A stretch of 62,732 nucleotides of DNA, the filler included, from Rhabdomonas costata (Eukaryota), in assembly GCA_019059605.1 (NCBI GenBank). It is 29 parts of 29 records of this genome, joined end to end, with 100 filler letters (N's around TTAATTAATTAA, not from the genome) between each part and the next. Parts side by side here need not be neighbours in the genome. Positions count along the whole stretch, not along the records: positions 51,964 to 54,025 come from JAHMHO010005971.1; positions 54,126 to 56,189 come from JAHMHO010005972.1; positions 56,290 to 58,353 come from JAHMHO010005973.1; positions 58,454 to 60,517 come from JAHMHO010005974.1; positions 60,618 to 62,732 come from JAHMHO010005975.1; 24 more parts are not named here. The stretch is one strand, 5' to 3'. The notes beneath the pieces are model-generated. The model was not told the origin of the DNA and searched no databases. It saw nothing but the letters and a program-made list of their open reading frames with translations. The translations under genes were made by a program, and so were the position numbers. This document shows positions 52,123 through 62,732 of the stretch, piece after piece (the stretch's first letter is position 1; the number at the start of each line of letters is the position of its first letter).

Positions 52123-53685
52123 ATTTTCCGAAATCTCTGAGCAAGAGAAGGGGCAGTTCCAAGACCTTTTGCTTGATTTTTTGGCCAGAGAAATCGCCCC
52201 GCAAGCCCTTCCGCAATGTATGACTTTTTCCGGATTTGATTTTCTTTGAGCAAGGGCTAGTTTGGTTTTCTCGGTTTTCGGATGCCTTTTTCGTGGACAA
52301 CATTTCATTTTATCTCGCACCGAAGGAAAGAGTTTCTATCAAGGAAGTGCTGGCGTTTCTTAACCCCGGCTGGCGTTTCTTAACCCCGTAAATCGAAAGA
52401 CAGCTTGAGCCTGAGCTCACACTGAATGGGCCTGAAACGGCTGTTTTCTGCTATTGTTTTCTCAGGGGTGAAAAATAAGTTTGCGCAGCTGCTGGTGGTG
52501 GTGTACGAAAGACAGTATCCTGGGCAGTGGTGTGCGATTTGCCTGAAGTAGGGGAGAGTGTGGTCGTGCTTTGGTGGATCAATGGAAGTTACGGTTGTTT
52601 TATTTTAGGCCCAACTTTTGGGGAACTCTGTTCTCCCTTTTGGGGAAGTCTGACCAAGTGATCGACGTCTTTCTGCGCACTCTGGATACAATTGACGAGC
52701 GCATCGTGGACCCTGACTTCGCGAAAGACAGGGTGCGATGCAACGAGATAGTATGCAAATCTTCTTGATCCTTGAATCGTCTTGATCCTTCCAGTAGGTG
52801 AGAGCTCCATCTTGTGTTTCTCCAAGACCCGCCGTTCACCGAACTTGGCCGAGTTGAGTTTAGTTGTTCCCTCCCTTATTCCCGTTTTTCCCCCGCAATG
52901 TGAGCTGAACGGACTCTGGACAGAATTGCTTGAGTTCTCTCTCTGTTTTCGAGGTTTTGGTGTTAATAGCTGCAACTTTTGGAAATGCCCCATTTCTGCC
53001 GATGAATTTTTTGCCATCCAGAAAAATGCAATGCGGCAGAACTGCGTCTCCGACCTCGCGGCGACGTGGTACAACATTCTCGGGGCCTACCACCGCACCC
53101 GCCCCGACCTTGCTCAGCGCTGCCTGCGAACAATGCAGAACTACATCGGTCGACCCCTCCGTTCCGTTTTCGTAAAATGGTTGAGGCAACGCAGGCCGAG
53201 GCAGAAGAGCAAATTCGCATGCGCAGAGAATGTACACTTTACATTTTGAAGTGGTGTGCACTGTTCGCTGCAAAGGTATTAAAATGGATGGGATTAATGA
53301 TTTATTAACCTCAATACTTCTCCATTGAACCACTATTTTTTCTGATCCATGATAACTCTACGTTAGTTGCAAACGCACGCTCTGTTCGTTGCGCAGACTG
53401 GATTGACATTAGTCTGCTTACCAGTGAGCAGTACGTCAACCTGTTCTTTTTTCTGCTGGAGGTGGAGTCTCTGCGCGAGGAGGCCTGCGACTGCATCTTC
53501 GAGGTGTGTTGATGGTTGTCGGCGAGCGGTGCGGCGGGAATAAACGAACTGGAATTTTATAGGTCCCGCTTTTTTTTTGGCCCGGATCTGTTCAGCTGGT
53601 GAGCAAGAGAATCGAGGACCCTGCGGCCAAGTTGCGACTGGTGGAGCGGATCAACGTCTGCCAGGTCCTTCCCGCGGTGATCGAA
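52123..53685 (+). CDS. XPOT: Exportin-T (tRNA exportin, LOS1/PAUSED), six exons
   Basis: Spliced: VKNKFAQLLVVVYERQYPGQWPNFW...IDVFLRTLDTIDERIVD...NEIKNAMRQNCVSDLAATWYNIL...YIDWIDISLL...VESLREEACDCIFELVSKRIEDPAAKLRLVE, closely matching XPOT. Confidence 0.95.
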
Positions 53686-54508
53686 GTACGCCTGTCCGCG
53701 TTTGTGTTGCTGGGATTATGGATCCGCTGTGAGGCTCCTGAGAACCTGGCGAGTCGCTGGTCCGGATTGGATAACTCCCCAAATTAACTCCATTTAGACT
53801 TGTCACCTTGACTACAGCTCGCGAACAGCGAACAGCGGACAGCATTAATATGGAACAAAAACCGTTCTAGACCGTATCAAAACTGTTTTTGAAGGGGTTT
53901 TGCGAACTGCGTCAAGGTGGATTGCATGCACTCTTACGTTGTCAATTGAATGAAAGGAGCGCATAGGAGGAACGACAGCTCAAGCAGCACCACAGAAGAC
54001 CATAAAAAGTAAAAGAACCACACACNNNNNNNNNNNNNNNNNNNNNNNNNNNNNNNNNNNNNNNNNNNNTTAATTAATTAANNNNNNNNNNNNNNNNNNN
54101 NNNNNNNNNNNNNNNNNNNNNNNNNAGGATTTGCAATCGCTTCTCCAGAGTTTCTTGAACAAATGGACTGCTAAGGCTTTGTTCCCTTGCAAAGCAAGTA
54201 ACACCCCAAAAGTGAGAGAATAGTGCGCAACGAATTCCGATATGAAGTTTTTTGATGGTGACATTCAAACGGTGGCCTTTTTCGGCGTTGGATATTCTGT
54301 TTTTGCCTTCAAACTGTAAGTTGTGTAAGGTGTAACCTGCTTAATGATTTGTCTCTTTTTTCTAATGTTTGCATGACCAGGAGAATACGAAGAAACAAAG
54401 TGGAAATATAATCAATGACAAAGCCGCTCCGCATAACGAATAGGAAGCGGCGGGGACTACCGAAACCTTCACGCTGGAACCGTCAAACCGGAACAGCGGG
54501 CAGGCTCG

Positions 54509-55240
54509 CTGCTGGTGAAGGAGCTTCTCTTGAAGCATCGCCAGCTTCTCTTCCAAGGCCTTCACCACCGCGGGGTCAAAGATGGAGCGACACCGAGCGG
54601 CGACGTCTGCCACCTCCGCCCTGACCTCCTTGTAGGGCATCAACCACTTCCGAAATTCCGCTCGAAATTGAGCGCTGAGGGAAGTGACAACAGCGCCTCC
54701 AACACTGCCGCGCAGCAAAACCACCATTCCGGTAACCGAAGGATCATTAATTGAACAATTGTTTCTTCGGTTGCCTTGATGCTCAGCGCCAAGATGGATA
54801 TGCCAAAAGCCACGCATTATTATTGCGCTACAGAATTAGAAGTGGGGCAAAAACTCTTTTCGAGGAGGCGGACAGCCCTCACCTTGCACACGGGCAAAGT
54901 GGAGTGAAAAAATGAAGCAACCTTGGCAAAGGACAGCTCCCGCCGCTGAAGGCAATGCCGGAACCACCTCTGCAGCACTTTCACCCGGTGCAGGAACCTC
55001 CGGAGCCGGAGCAGAAACAGGTCGACGTGACGTCTCGTCACCAGTAGGGCGTGGATCACGACAGCGACCACCTTCTTGGGGTTGTGGTCCCGGTTGTTGG
55101 GAACATACCTGATGTGGTAGACTGCCCCAAAGTCATTCATGAACTCCAGCTGCTTTCGGGTTTGTCCCTCAGCATTCTGGAACTTCGCCGTCGTTGACAA
55201 AAGTCCGAAGTCCATCGATTTTCTGAAAAGCAGCAACAGC
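54509..55240 (-). CDS. Hypothetical protein with IQ-like motif, two or more exons
   Basis: Exon ~55240-54922 contains RVKVLQRWFRHCLQRR; second coiled-coil exon ~54680-54509. Confidence 0.5.
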
Positions 55241-56289
55241 CTTTTTTCTACTTCCTACCCACACCTAGAAAGGAAAAAAGTAGAAAGAAGTAGCAATCCG
55301 TCGAACGAAAAAAGAAAGGTCTGGAAAATTGAAAATAAATCTCAACAGACTGATTTATTCCCAGGGCAGCCCAAGCGCAACGCGTTACCGAGGGGGAATA
55401 CCTCGCGCATCCAAATCTTTTGTCAGTGGCTGGCCCGGAAGCAAATGGTACAACGTACAAATGGTACGTTGTGGCGGAGGCATCCGTGGGTGGACATAAG
55501 TGGGAGCAATGGAAGTTGGGGGAGTGTTAACCGTTATCGGTGGTTCAACTCTAACTATGGGACCATGCTTTTAAAGAGTCGTTGAAAGACGTCCCCCACG
55601 CAGCCGCCGCTCCGGCCGCGGCGCAGACTGGCCTCCGTCCCTATACTAATGCTGTCCTACTCGTCCGCCCATATTCCAGCCATATGCGAGCCCTCAGTAT
55701 TTTGCAGAAGCTAAATAAGCCATCATCCAGGGGGCACTGGCTTACCTAACCCCCTTACACAAAAATGAAGTCGCTTCGAGAGTGCTGGCATGTTCTGCAC
55801 GACTGTTTTTTGTTTGTTAATTTAACAAAAAAATATATTAAGACAGTTTTCTGTCACCAGTGGTAACCGTTACTTACAACTCCGCAACTTCCATTGAGCC
55901 CACACGTGAGTACCCCGGAGCGAGTAAACTGCTGACGAATGGCATGAGAGAGAAGAATTCGCAGATCCAAACATCCTGAGAAGACGTCTGCCTCTTTCAC
56001 GAGTGTTATTATTACTTTTTTATTGCAAAAAAAAAAGAACGCAAAGCTACGCAGTCCACCTGCTGTTCCAGATGAAGCAGAAGTACACACGCACGCACAC
56101 GCACACACACGCACAGATACACACACAACAATAGAAGCCGTGTTCGATGTCTGCCACAGAGAAAGGGCCAACAAAGTCACCAACACACANNNNNNNNNNN
56201 NNNNNNNNNNNNNNNNNNNNNNNNNNNNNNNNNTTAATTAATTAANNNNNNNNNNNNNNNNNNNNNNNNNNNNNNNNNNNNNNNNNNNN

Positions 56290-58329
56290 CCTGTCGTTTC
56301 CCAGGTAACAGGGAACCTCTCACAACTGGGCGTAAACTCGTCCTTCTCCGACCTCAGTGACCGAACCCGAACAAACAGCAGTGATCCTGTGTGGCAATAC
56401 AGCGGTAGGATCTCCGTCTTCCCGTTCCCGACGAGGGCAGATGAGGGCTGGAAGGACTTCGAGATCAACGTCTTTGGGCCACCCACGGGCGTGAGCGTGG
56501 TGGACCAGAACTCATTCAGCCGCATCTCCGCTCGAGTGTTTCTCTCCGCGGCGGGACCGATGTTATCGCTGTACAGCACCATGGGTACGGCGATCATGGG
56601 CTCTCCTCCGCTTCAGTCCGCGGGCTATCTCAACGATTCCACTGCTCCAACGGTGCGCTCGGCTGGGAACGTTGGGATCCTCTCTGGAACGACAAGCAAC
56701 CTTCAGGTCCAGCTGAACCATCCGAACAACAGCGTAGTTTCTCCCACGGACACGCTGGTGCTATGCCTTAACAACTATGGAGGTTATCTCAGCTTTACCC
56801 TTGGGAATCTGGTCAGGCATGGAAACTACAGCCTTCGCGCGGCGTCCCATCGAGATGATCATCTGCAGGCCCAGTCCGGAGCATCCGCGGTGATTGATCC
56901 GCACCTCCAGCCCCAAAAGAGCCCAGCGTTTGCATCCAGAACTCAACTCTACGAACGCAACTCGTTGTTCGAAAGGTCTCATTTTGTTCCTGCCACAGCG
57001 GGTTCCCGCGTTTTGACCCTGATCTTGTCTTTAGGCATGCCTTTCTTTTCGGAAGCCGTGAGTTCCCAGCTTGCCGTGGCGTTCGTCCGCAATGAGCAAG
57101 TCTCACCCTATGTTTCGTCAACTTTTAGATCAGCCTCCATCTCCGCGGGGGTGTTGCACGCCAAGGTCACATGGATTGGGGCCAGCGATGTCGATCTTCA
57201 CTCTGTTGATTCACGTGGCAACCACGTGTACTACGGCAACAGAGAAGCTGGTGGAGGTACGCTAGATGTCGACTCCAACCCCGCCTGCAACATCGACAAC
57301 ATCAACACGGAGAACATTGCGTGGACTGCGCCGGTTTCGGGGAACTACACCATCAGTGTTCGCCTTTACTCCAGCTGCAGCGTGTTATCGATCCCTTTCA
57401 CTCTCACTGTGGAAGGCTGCGGGATTTCTGAGACTCATACCGGGGTTCTCTCCTACACAGCCACCAGCTTCCAGTACCCGGTTACGGCGTCGTGCAACAA
57501 CCGGTTTGCCATCAGAGGGGCCGCATGGTTTGAGTTTCTCGGGGACGGGGTATCCGCCATGGCTTCCATAAACAGCGTTCCTGTCGGGGTTCCACTCCAG
57601 ATGGTAAAGTTTACGGGTCCCTTCGCTTCAGCCTGCAGCGATCCGTCCCAGTTCACTGTCATGGCAACCACCACTGTCGGAATGGACGGAGCTTTTGAGC
57701 TTTCTCTGACGAGTGGCGCGGTCGACGATGTGTTCTATCCCCGAATTCTTCTGCTCCCACCAAGGGGATACAGTGCCACCGCGATTTGCTCCAGTACTCC
57801 CTTCCGGCGAACGTCCACATTGATCGAGACTATAACCCAGGATTTCACCGTCACTGACAGCGAGGGAAGCGGTGCCATTGCCATTGTGGAGACGCTGTTG
57901 ATGGGTGTGAGCTTTTACCAGTCCATGGGGTTTCCGCTGGGGAAGTTCAGTGCCTTCTGGACGAAGGGGCAGGGTACGGGGACCTTCGTTACTCCCGGTG
58001 CCGATGCCATAATGACCATTCGTGGCTCTGCCGGTGACCCTGACGAGTACGACCGGAGCGTAATTCTCCACGAGCTCTCCCATGTGTTCCAAAACCAGTA
58101 CAAAGGTCCCAGTCTGGCCGGGGGCTCGCACGAGTTTGGGGAGTATGCCGCCTCCCAGGCCCTGGCGTTCTCGGAGGGGATGGCCACTGCGCTGGGCCAG
58201 CGCATCCGCCAAGACCGGCGGTACGTGGACAGCAAGCCAGGAGGACGCTTTCAATACGACCTGTGCGCAGAGGCGGGGGTGAAAACACGGGGAACCCTCG
58301 GTGGCACCAGCCGAGGGATGATTTCCGAG
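56290..58329 (+). CDS. Large secreted-type protein: YfaP/DUF2135-like domain plus HEXXH zinc metallopeptidase domain, partial
   Basis: Frame open across the whole contig. VTWIGASDVDLHSVDSRGNHVYYGNR..GGTLDVDSN......TENIAW..P.SGNYTISVRLY and DPDEYDRSVILHELSH.......GGSH.......LAFSEGMA. Confidence 0.82.
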
Positions 58330-58556
58330 GTCCCCGTGTTTTCACCCCCACCCNNNNNNNNNNNNNNNNNNNNNNNNNNNNNNNNNNNNNNNNNNNNTTA
58401 ATTAATTAANNNNNNNNNNNNNNNNNNNNNNNNNNNNNNNNNNNNNNNNNNNNGGGGTGTCTGTGACGAACGTTTCAGCGGTTTGTTCCGCAAAGAGAAA
58501 GGGTCATTTTCCTCGAATTTTCCTACTCGATTCTCTTAATTCCCGGTGCTCTGCAG

Positions 58557-60057
58557 GACACGAGTCCCCATGATCTGTTCGTTCTCCTGGGAGTCTACGG
58601 TGATGTTCTTCGAGTGAAAATGTCTTACAAGAGGAGCGATGAAGCTTTTGTTCAGTTTCGCAACCCGGACGGCGCGTATGCAACGTGGAGCCTCGCATAG
58701 CCCTGTGTTTTTCTGATTGCCAGGCTTGCAAGTTCTCTGTGCTTGCAGGAGAGCAGCGGAGACCAACTTGACGGGTTGCTTTCTCCACGGAAAAGAACTG
58801 CAGATCCGAGTCAACAGAATGCCAGAGGTGATACTGCCACCTCCGAATGCTGCAGAGGTTTGCTGTGAGCTGCAATTGGCTGAAGAGAGATGTCTTCGTT
58901 TGCATTGTCCATGCTGTGGCTGGTTTTTGCTCTCAGGAGGACAAAGCAAAGGCAGGTGACTACACTGAATCTCGACTGCATCGGTTTCGGTACGAAGGCA
59001 GTCAAAATTTCCGCAATATTTGTGCCCCTTCCAAGCAGTTGCACGTCGCCAATCTTCCTCCAACCGCCGACGAAACTATCGTGGTACGTATTTTCTTTGG
59101 TTTTGTTTCGGTGCATACCTTGTGGTGAGTCAATTCTGATCTTTTTTGTCGCGCCCGTTCTGTTATTCATGTTGTTTATCTGGTCGTTCTCTGCCCCAAG
59201 TCAACAGCACCCAGAATTGTGGTGTTTTTCTGTCACTTGGACCTGAACCTCCCTAGAGTTTCGTCAATAATCCACTTGTTCTCCTGTGCTAGTGGAGAAG
59301 TTTGCTTGGTCCGCAGCCAAAGGTTTTGTGATCCACCTTTGCTGCAAACTGAGAATTTCGCAAGCGCTAAACAAAACCCGAGATAACGAATTCTGAACTC
59401 ATTTGCATTGCCTTTTCGTGCATTTTTCGCAGTGCATTTCTGCCAGTTGTCTGTGGCTCGGAGTTGACAAAAGCTGCTTCAGCTTAGTCTAGTCTTTGCA
59501 TGAGTTGGGAAATGGTTCAAGTAGTCTTCTACAAAAAAAAGTGAAGGGAATGACTATTTCAAAAGACCGAAAAAAAAGGTGCGTCCAAAAAATTTAAGTT
59601 TTACCAGGTTCTGTAACGACCCTGCGCGGCCCGTGCAATCCAGAGGTGCGTTGACCAACTTCTGCACACAGGGTCGCTTCTTCGAACGGGTGGCGCCGCC
59701 CCTCAGAGTGGCGATGTTTCCTCCCAGGGACAACACGTGTGTGGCATTGTTTTGGACTTTTTCAATTCCCCCCCTGTGAACCTTTCTTGAGGCAACCCCT
59801 GAAGAGTAATACCACCATAATTGAGTTGGACTCCTCACCTCATGCAAATTGTGAATTGTGCTTGATCTTGGTTTCTTCAATCCCAGTTTCCTCCCGTGTC
59901 ACTGGAACTTTCGAACTGCAGAACGAAGCAGATGGCCCTCGTGGAATTCAACGATGTTGATTCGGCCGTGCATGCCCTCGTCGCCCTGCATGGTGAACCT
60001 ATTGATGGCTGCAACGTGAGGATTTCCTTTTCGCGGAAAAGTTGCGACGATGTTAAG
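58557..60057 (+). CDS. Polypyrimidine tract-binding protein / hnRNP L family, RRM3-RRM4, five exons
   Basis: LFVLLGVYGDVLRVKM...AFVQF...LHGKELQI...DYTESRLHRFRYEGSQNFRNICAPSKQLHVANLP...KQMALVEFNDVDSAVHALVALHG....VRISFSR, colinear with PTBP1. Confidence 0.92.
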
Positions 60058-60621
60058 GTGAGGCATGTTTTTGTTCCAGACATTCCGAAAGTTGTGTCTG
60101 GCACACAAGGCTACTACCAATCCTTCTCCTTCCATGCAGTAAACGTCACGATTTTTTGGGGCTTTGAAGTTAAAGTAGTTTAGTTGTGTAAATGTCAAAT
60201 ACTGTCACCCTCCATATACCTCATCCAGTTTGAAGTGGTGAGTATGAATGAGCAAGGGGCTGAGTCGGCCACAGTGTATACCAGGTAACTATGGTGCCAT
60301 GGTAGTTGAATTGGACCTGTCGGGTTTGCTGCCCGAGTTTAACCGTTTCGTTGCTCGGCCGGCTGCAGTTGCCGACAACCGCACGGTATATAGAACACCG
60401 CCATGTTCACTTGTTTTTTGTTTAATGTGTGCAAACCAGCCACTTCGAAAAGTTAAAACAAGCGTCCGCTTTAATTCTACTAGAATGCTATACCACCCCA
60501 ACCCAAACACAAACAACNNNNNNNNNNNNNNNNNNNNNNNNNNNNNNNNNNNNNNNNNNNNTTAATTAATTAANNNNNNNNNNNNNNNNNNNNNNNNNNN
60601 NNNNNNNNNNNNNNNNNGGGT

Positions 60622-61352
60622 GGGGGGCATTCCACAGGGCCATGATGCAGTCCCCAATAAACTGCAGCCCAAAGCGGAAGACCTCACCATCAGGAAGGAT
60701 CAAAAGGAGCACGCCTGTTCTAGAATCGCATGAGGATTGCACCAAAGACTCTTGGGAGGGGAGCACTGACCCCTTCTTGACCTCTTCTGCTGTTTTGTGC
60801 AGAATTTTTTCGCCGCCGATGAATGAGGCTCAAGAGCAGACAACACAACGAGCCCTTCCTTATGAGTTCTGTCGCAACACACTGCGTGGAGAGGTTCCGT
60901 ATGAACGACTTTGCTCGCCTCGCTTGGTGCATTTTTTGAACCCCGTGTTTATCTGTGCATTTTTTTATTGGAGGAGGGGAAGAATGCGCTTGCAAACCCT
61001 TTCACGCGTCGACCAACAGCCAACGGAATAGAGAGTAATCCCAGCGTGTGTTTGGTGGGTGTAATGCGCGCTGGCTGTTGTCTGACTGGTTGTTGGTGGC
61101 CGCTGTTGATTGATCTTCGCAGCGAACGGTGCCGTAGGGCGACGGCTACCCGCCCGCTCCATGGCTCAGCTCTTTGCAGCTCCGTGATTGGTCCTCTTGG
61201 GTGGCTATGGCCTTCTCTACTTGAAACGCACCTCTGATCTTTCCCTTCGGGTGTGCGAACGGGCAGCAAGGGCAAAGCACGCGCTGCCGTGCCGCTCTGC
61301 ATCTCCTCTGCCTTGGGGCTGCCTAAAAACTCTTGTGACTCTTCGTGTGTAG

Positions 61353-61398
<46 letters not shown>

Positions 61399-61707
61399 CT
61401 AAAACCCATTCCATGTATATTTCGAAAAAGAAACCAGTGAGAGATGCGTTCGAAGGACTGGGGGCATGCCTTGTCCAGGGTGCCTCCGGAGTCCACAATG
61501 ACTTCGCACATGGCCTGCAGGTAGTCCTGGGTCAGCCTCACCAGCTGCTCCGCCCCGGCGCGCTCGCACAGCGTGCTGAACCCCGCGATGTCCATAAACA
61601 GAATGCTCACGGCGCGGCGAGTCATCGCGCTGGTGGAACTCATCTCCCCCGCAAGCATCATCCGCACCACCTCCCGCGGGACGTACTTCACAAAGGCCCG
61701 CAGGCCC
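60622..61707 (-). CDS. Class III adenylate/guanylate cyclase, two exons of catalytic domain
   Basis: Exon 61707-61470 AFVKYVPREVV...VSILFMDIAGFSTLCE...YLQAMCEVIVDSGGTLDK joins exon from 60661 FIGDCIMALWNAP through a GC-AG intron. Confidence 0.92.
61354..61396. repeat. (TG/CA)n microsatellite; others near 10138, 14886, 17333, 42539 and 44294
   Basis: Seen directly; mostly intronic or intergenic. Confidence 0.95.
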
Positions 61708-62732
61708 CTGGAAAAAAAAACAACAAAGGGTTAAGTTAGAAAGGAGGCCCAGCCGCCGCAGCATGCCATGCCGGGGTTTTTGTTATTTCAGCAGGCCTTT
61801 CCAAACGCGCTGCTTGCCCGGTCCTTGGGTCAGGATTTCCTGACCTTTCCCCTTTCCGCTCCCGCTGGTATTTTTATGGGTGATGGTATTTATTCCTGTT
61901 GCTTCGCTCCTTATGGTATTGCGGCCTCTGCGGCTTCCATTATGCGTCATACCACTGCCACTATTTGGGTTCTTGAATTTACCCACTGCCGCAGTACTTA
62001 GGCGTAGTAGGGTGACGGCATCCACTCGGTCACACTTCCATCGGTCTTGCTCGCACACATTGTTTCTACGCTCACTCCCGACTGGCATCGGTGCGTTCGC
62101 TCCGACCAGCGTCGTGAAATAGTTTACGCTCTCAATTCCCGGTCGGTCAGTGACATCGTAGCATCAGTTGGTATTTGAGCTTCACAGTCCCATTTGGCGT
62201 CACACTTTGCGTTTACCCGTAAGGTACCTCCTCCTACTACTGGTACCGGTAACCACCACTGGCTACAACGGTCACTGCCACGCTGCCTTGGTCATTCCAC
62301 ATCCGTTTGACGCATAGTTTTCAGGGTCCTTGCTGGTCGACATTATGTCGGTTGAGTTGTACCACTGGCTATCATTGGCTACATTGGTGGGTCAATCGTT
62401 CGGAAGGGTTTAGCCGCTGGAGATTGATTGTATGTCGTAGTGGCCCTTGACGTACTGCAGTGGTTCCTACGCTTGCCCGATGCATCGGTGGTCGTGTAGT
62501 TACCAGTGGTGCTAGCTATTGAGGACCTACTACCACTACAGTAATACCAACTATCGGCGTACGACCACATCAATAGTTAGCATCACTCACCACTGGTGGC
62601 TCGAACCATGCAGTAGCTGCTGAGGCCAAGGATTGACCGGCTGATGTCGCAGCTCACCATTGGTTGCTACAACGGTCGGCGAGTTATCAGGCCTTTTTAC
62701 TGAGCCTACTCAAACTCACTCCCCAACCCAAC

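Noticed and set aside
52349-52388. Perfect 20-bp tandem duplication
   Set aside because: Intronic slippage duplication in XPOT with no sign of function.
1-62732. Operon-like system formed by neighbouring genes; euglenid non-conventional introns; alternative genetic code
   Set aside because: Neighbours across spacers are unlinked. All introns I could anchor by homology are GT-AG or GC-AG. Conserved genes translate without internal stops in the standard code.

Overview
This window is not one locus. It is 29 unrelated contigs of about 2.06-2.12 kb joined by artificial 100-nt spacers (N44-TTAATTAATTAA-N44), so nothing can be read across a spacer. The DNA is an intron-rich eukaryotic nuclear genome from a flagellated protist. 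An euglenozoan/euglenid origin is my inference from gene content (EFHC/Rib72, MSH3, several class III nucleotide cyclases, Merlin relic) and is not proven. Most contig ends carry G/T-only primer-like tags and five carry fold-back duplications, which points to whole-genome-amplified material. Splicing exons by hand gives fragments of MSH3, BLOC1S1, exportin-T, a CSE1-like karyopherin, a PTB-like RRM protein, an EFHC/Rib72 DM10 protein, a midasin-like AAA+ ATPase, an ABCB transporter, two adenylate/guanylate cyclases, a Nudix hydrolase, two glycosyltransferase-like proteins, a CBS protein, an OTU protease and a long bacterial-type uridine kinase. Best leads: (1) an AT-rich decayed virophage/Polinton-like-virus-type tyrosine recombinase; (2) an intact but apparently catalytically dead P2-type ATPase; (3) frequent GC-AG introns; (4) an intronless YfaP/DUF2135 + HEXXH protein; (5) an alpha/beta-hydrolase-thioredoxin fusion; (6) a Merlin transposase relic; (7) a dispersed SINE-like repeat. 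No rRNA, tRNA, spliced-leader RNA or CRISPR array was recognised. All homology calls are from recalled motifs, not database searches.
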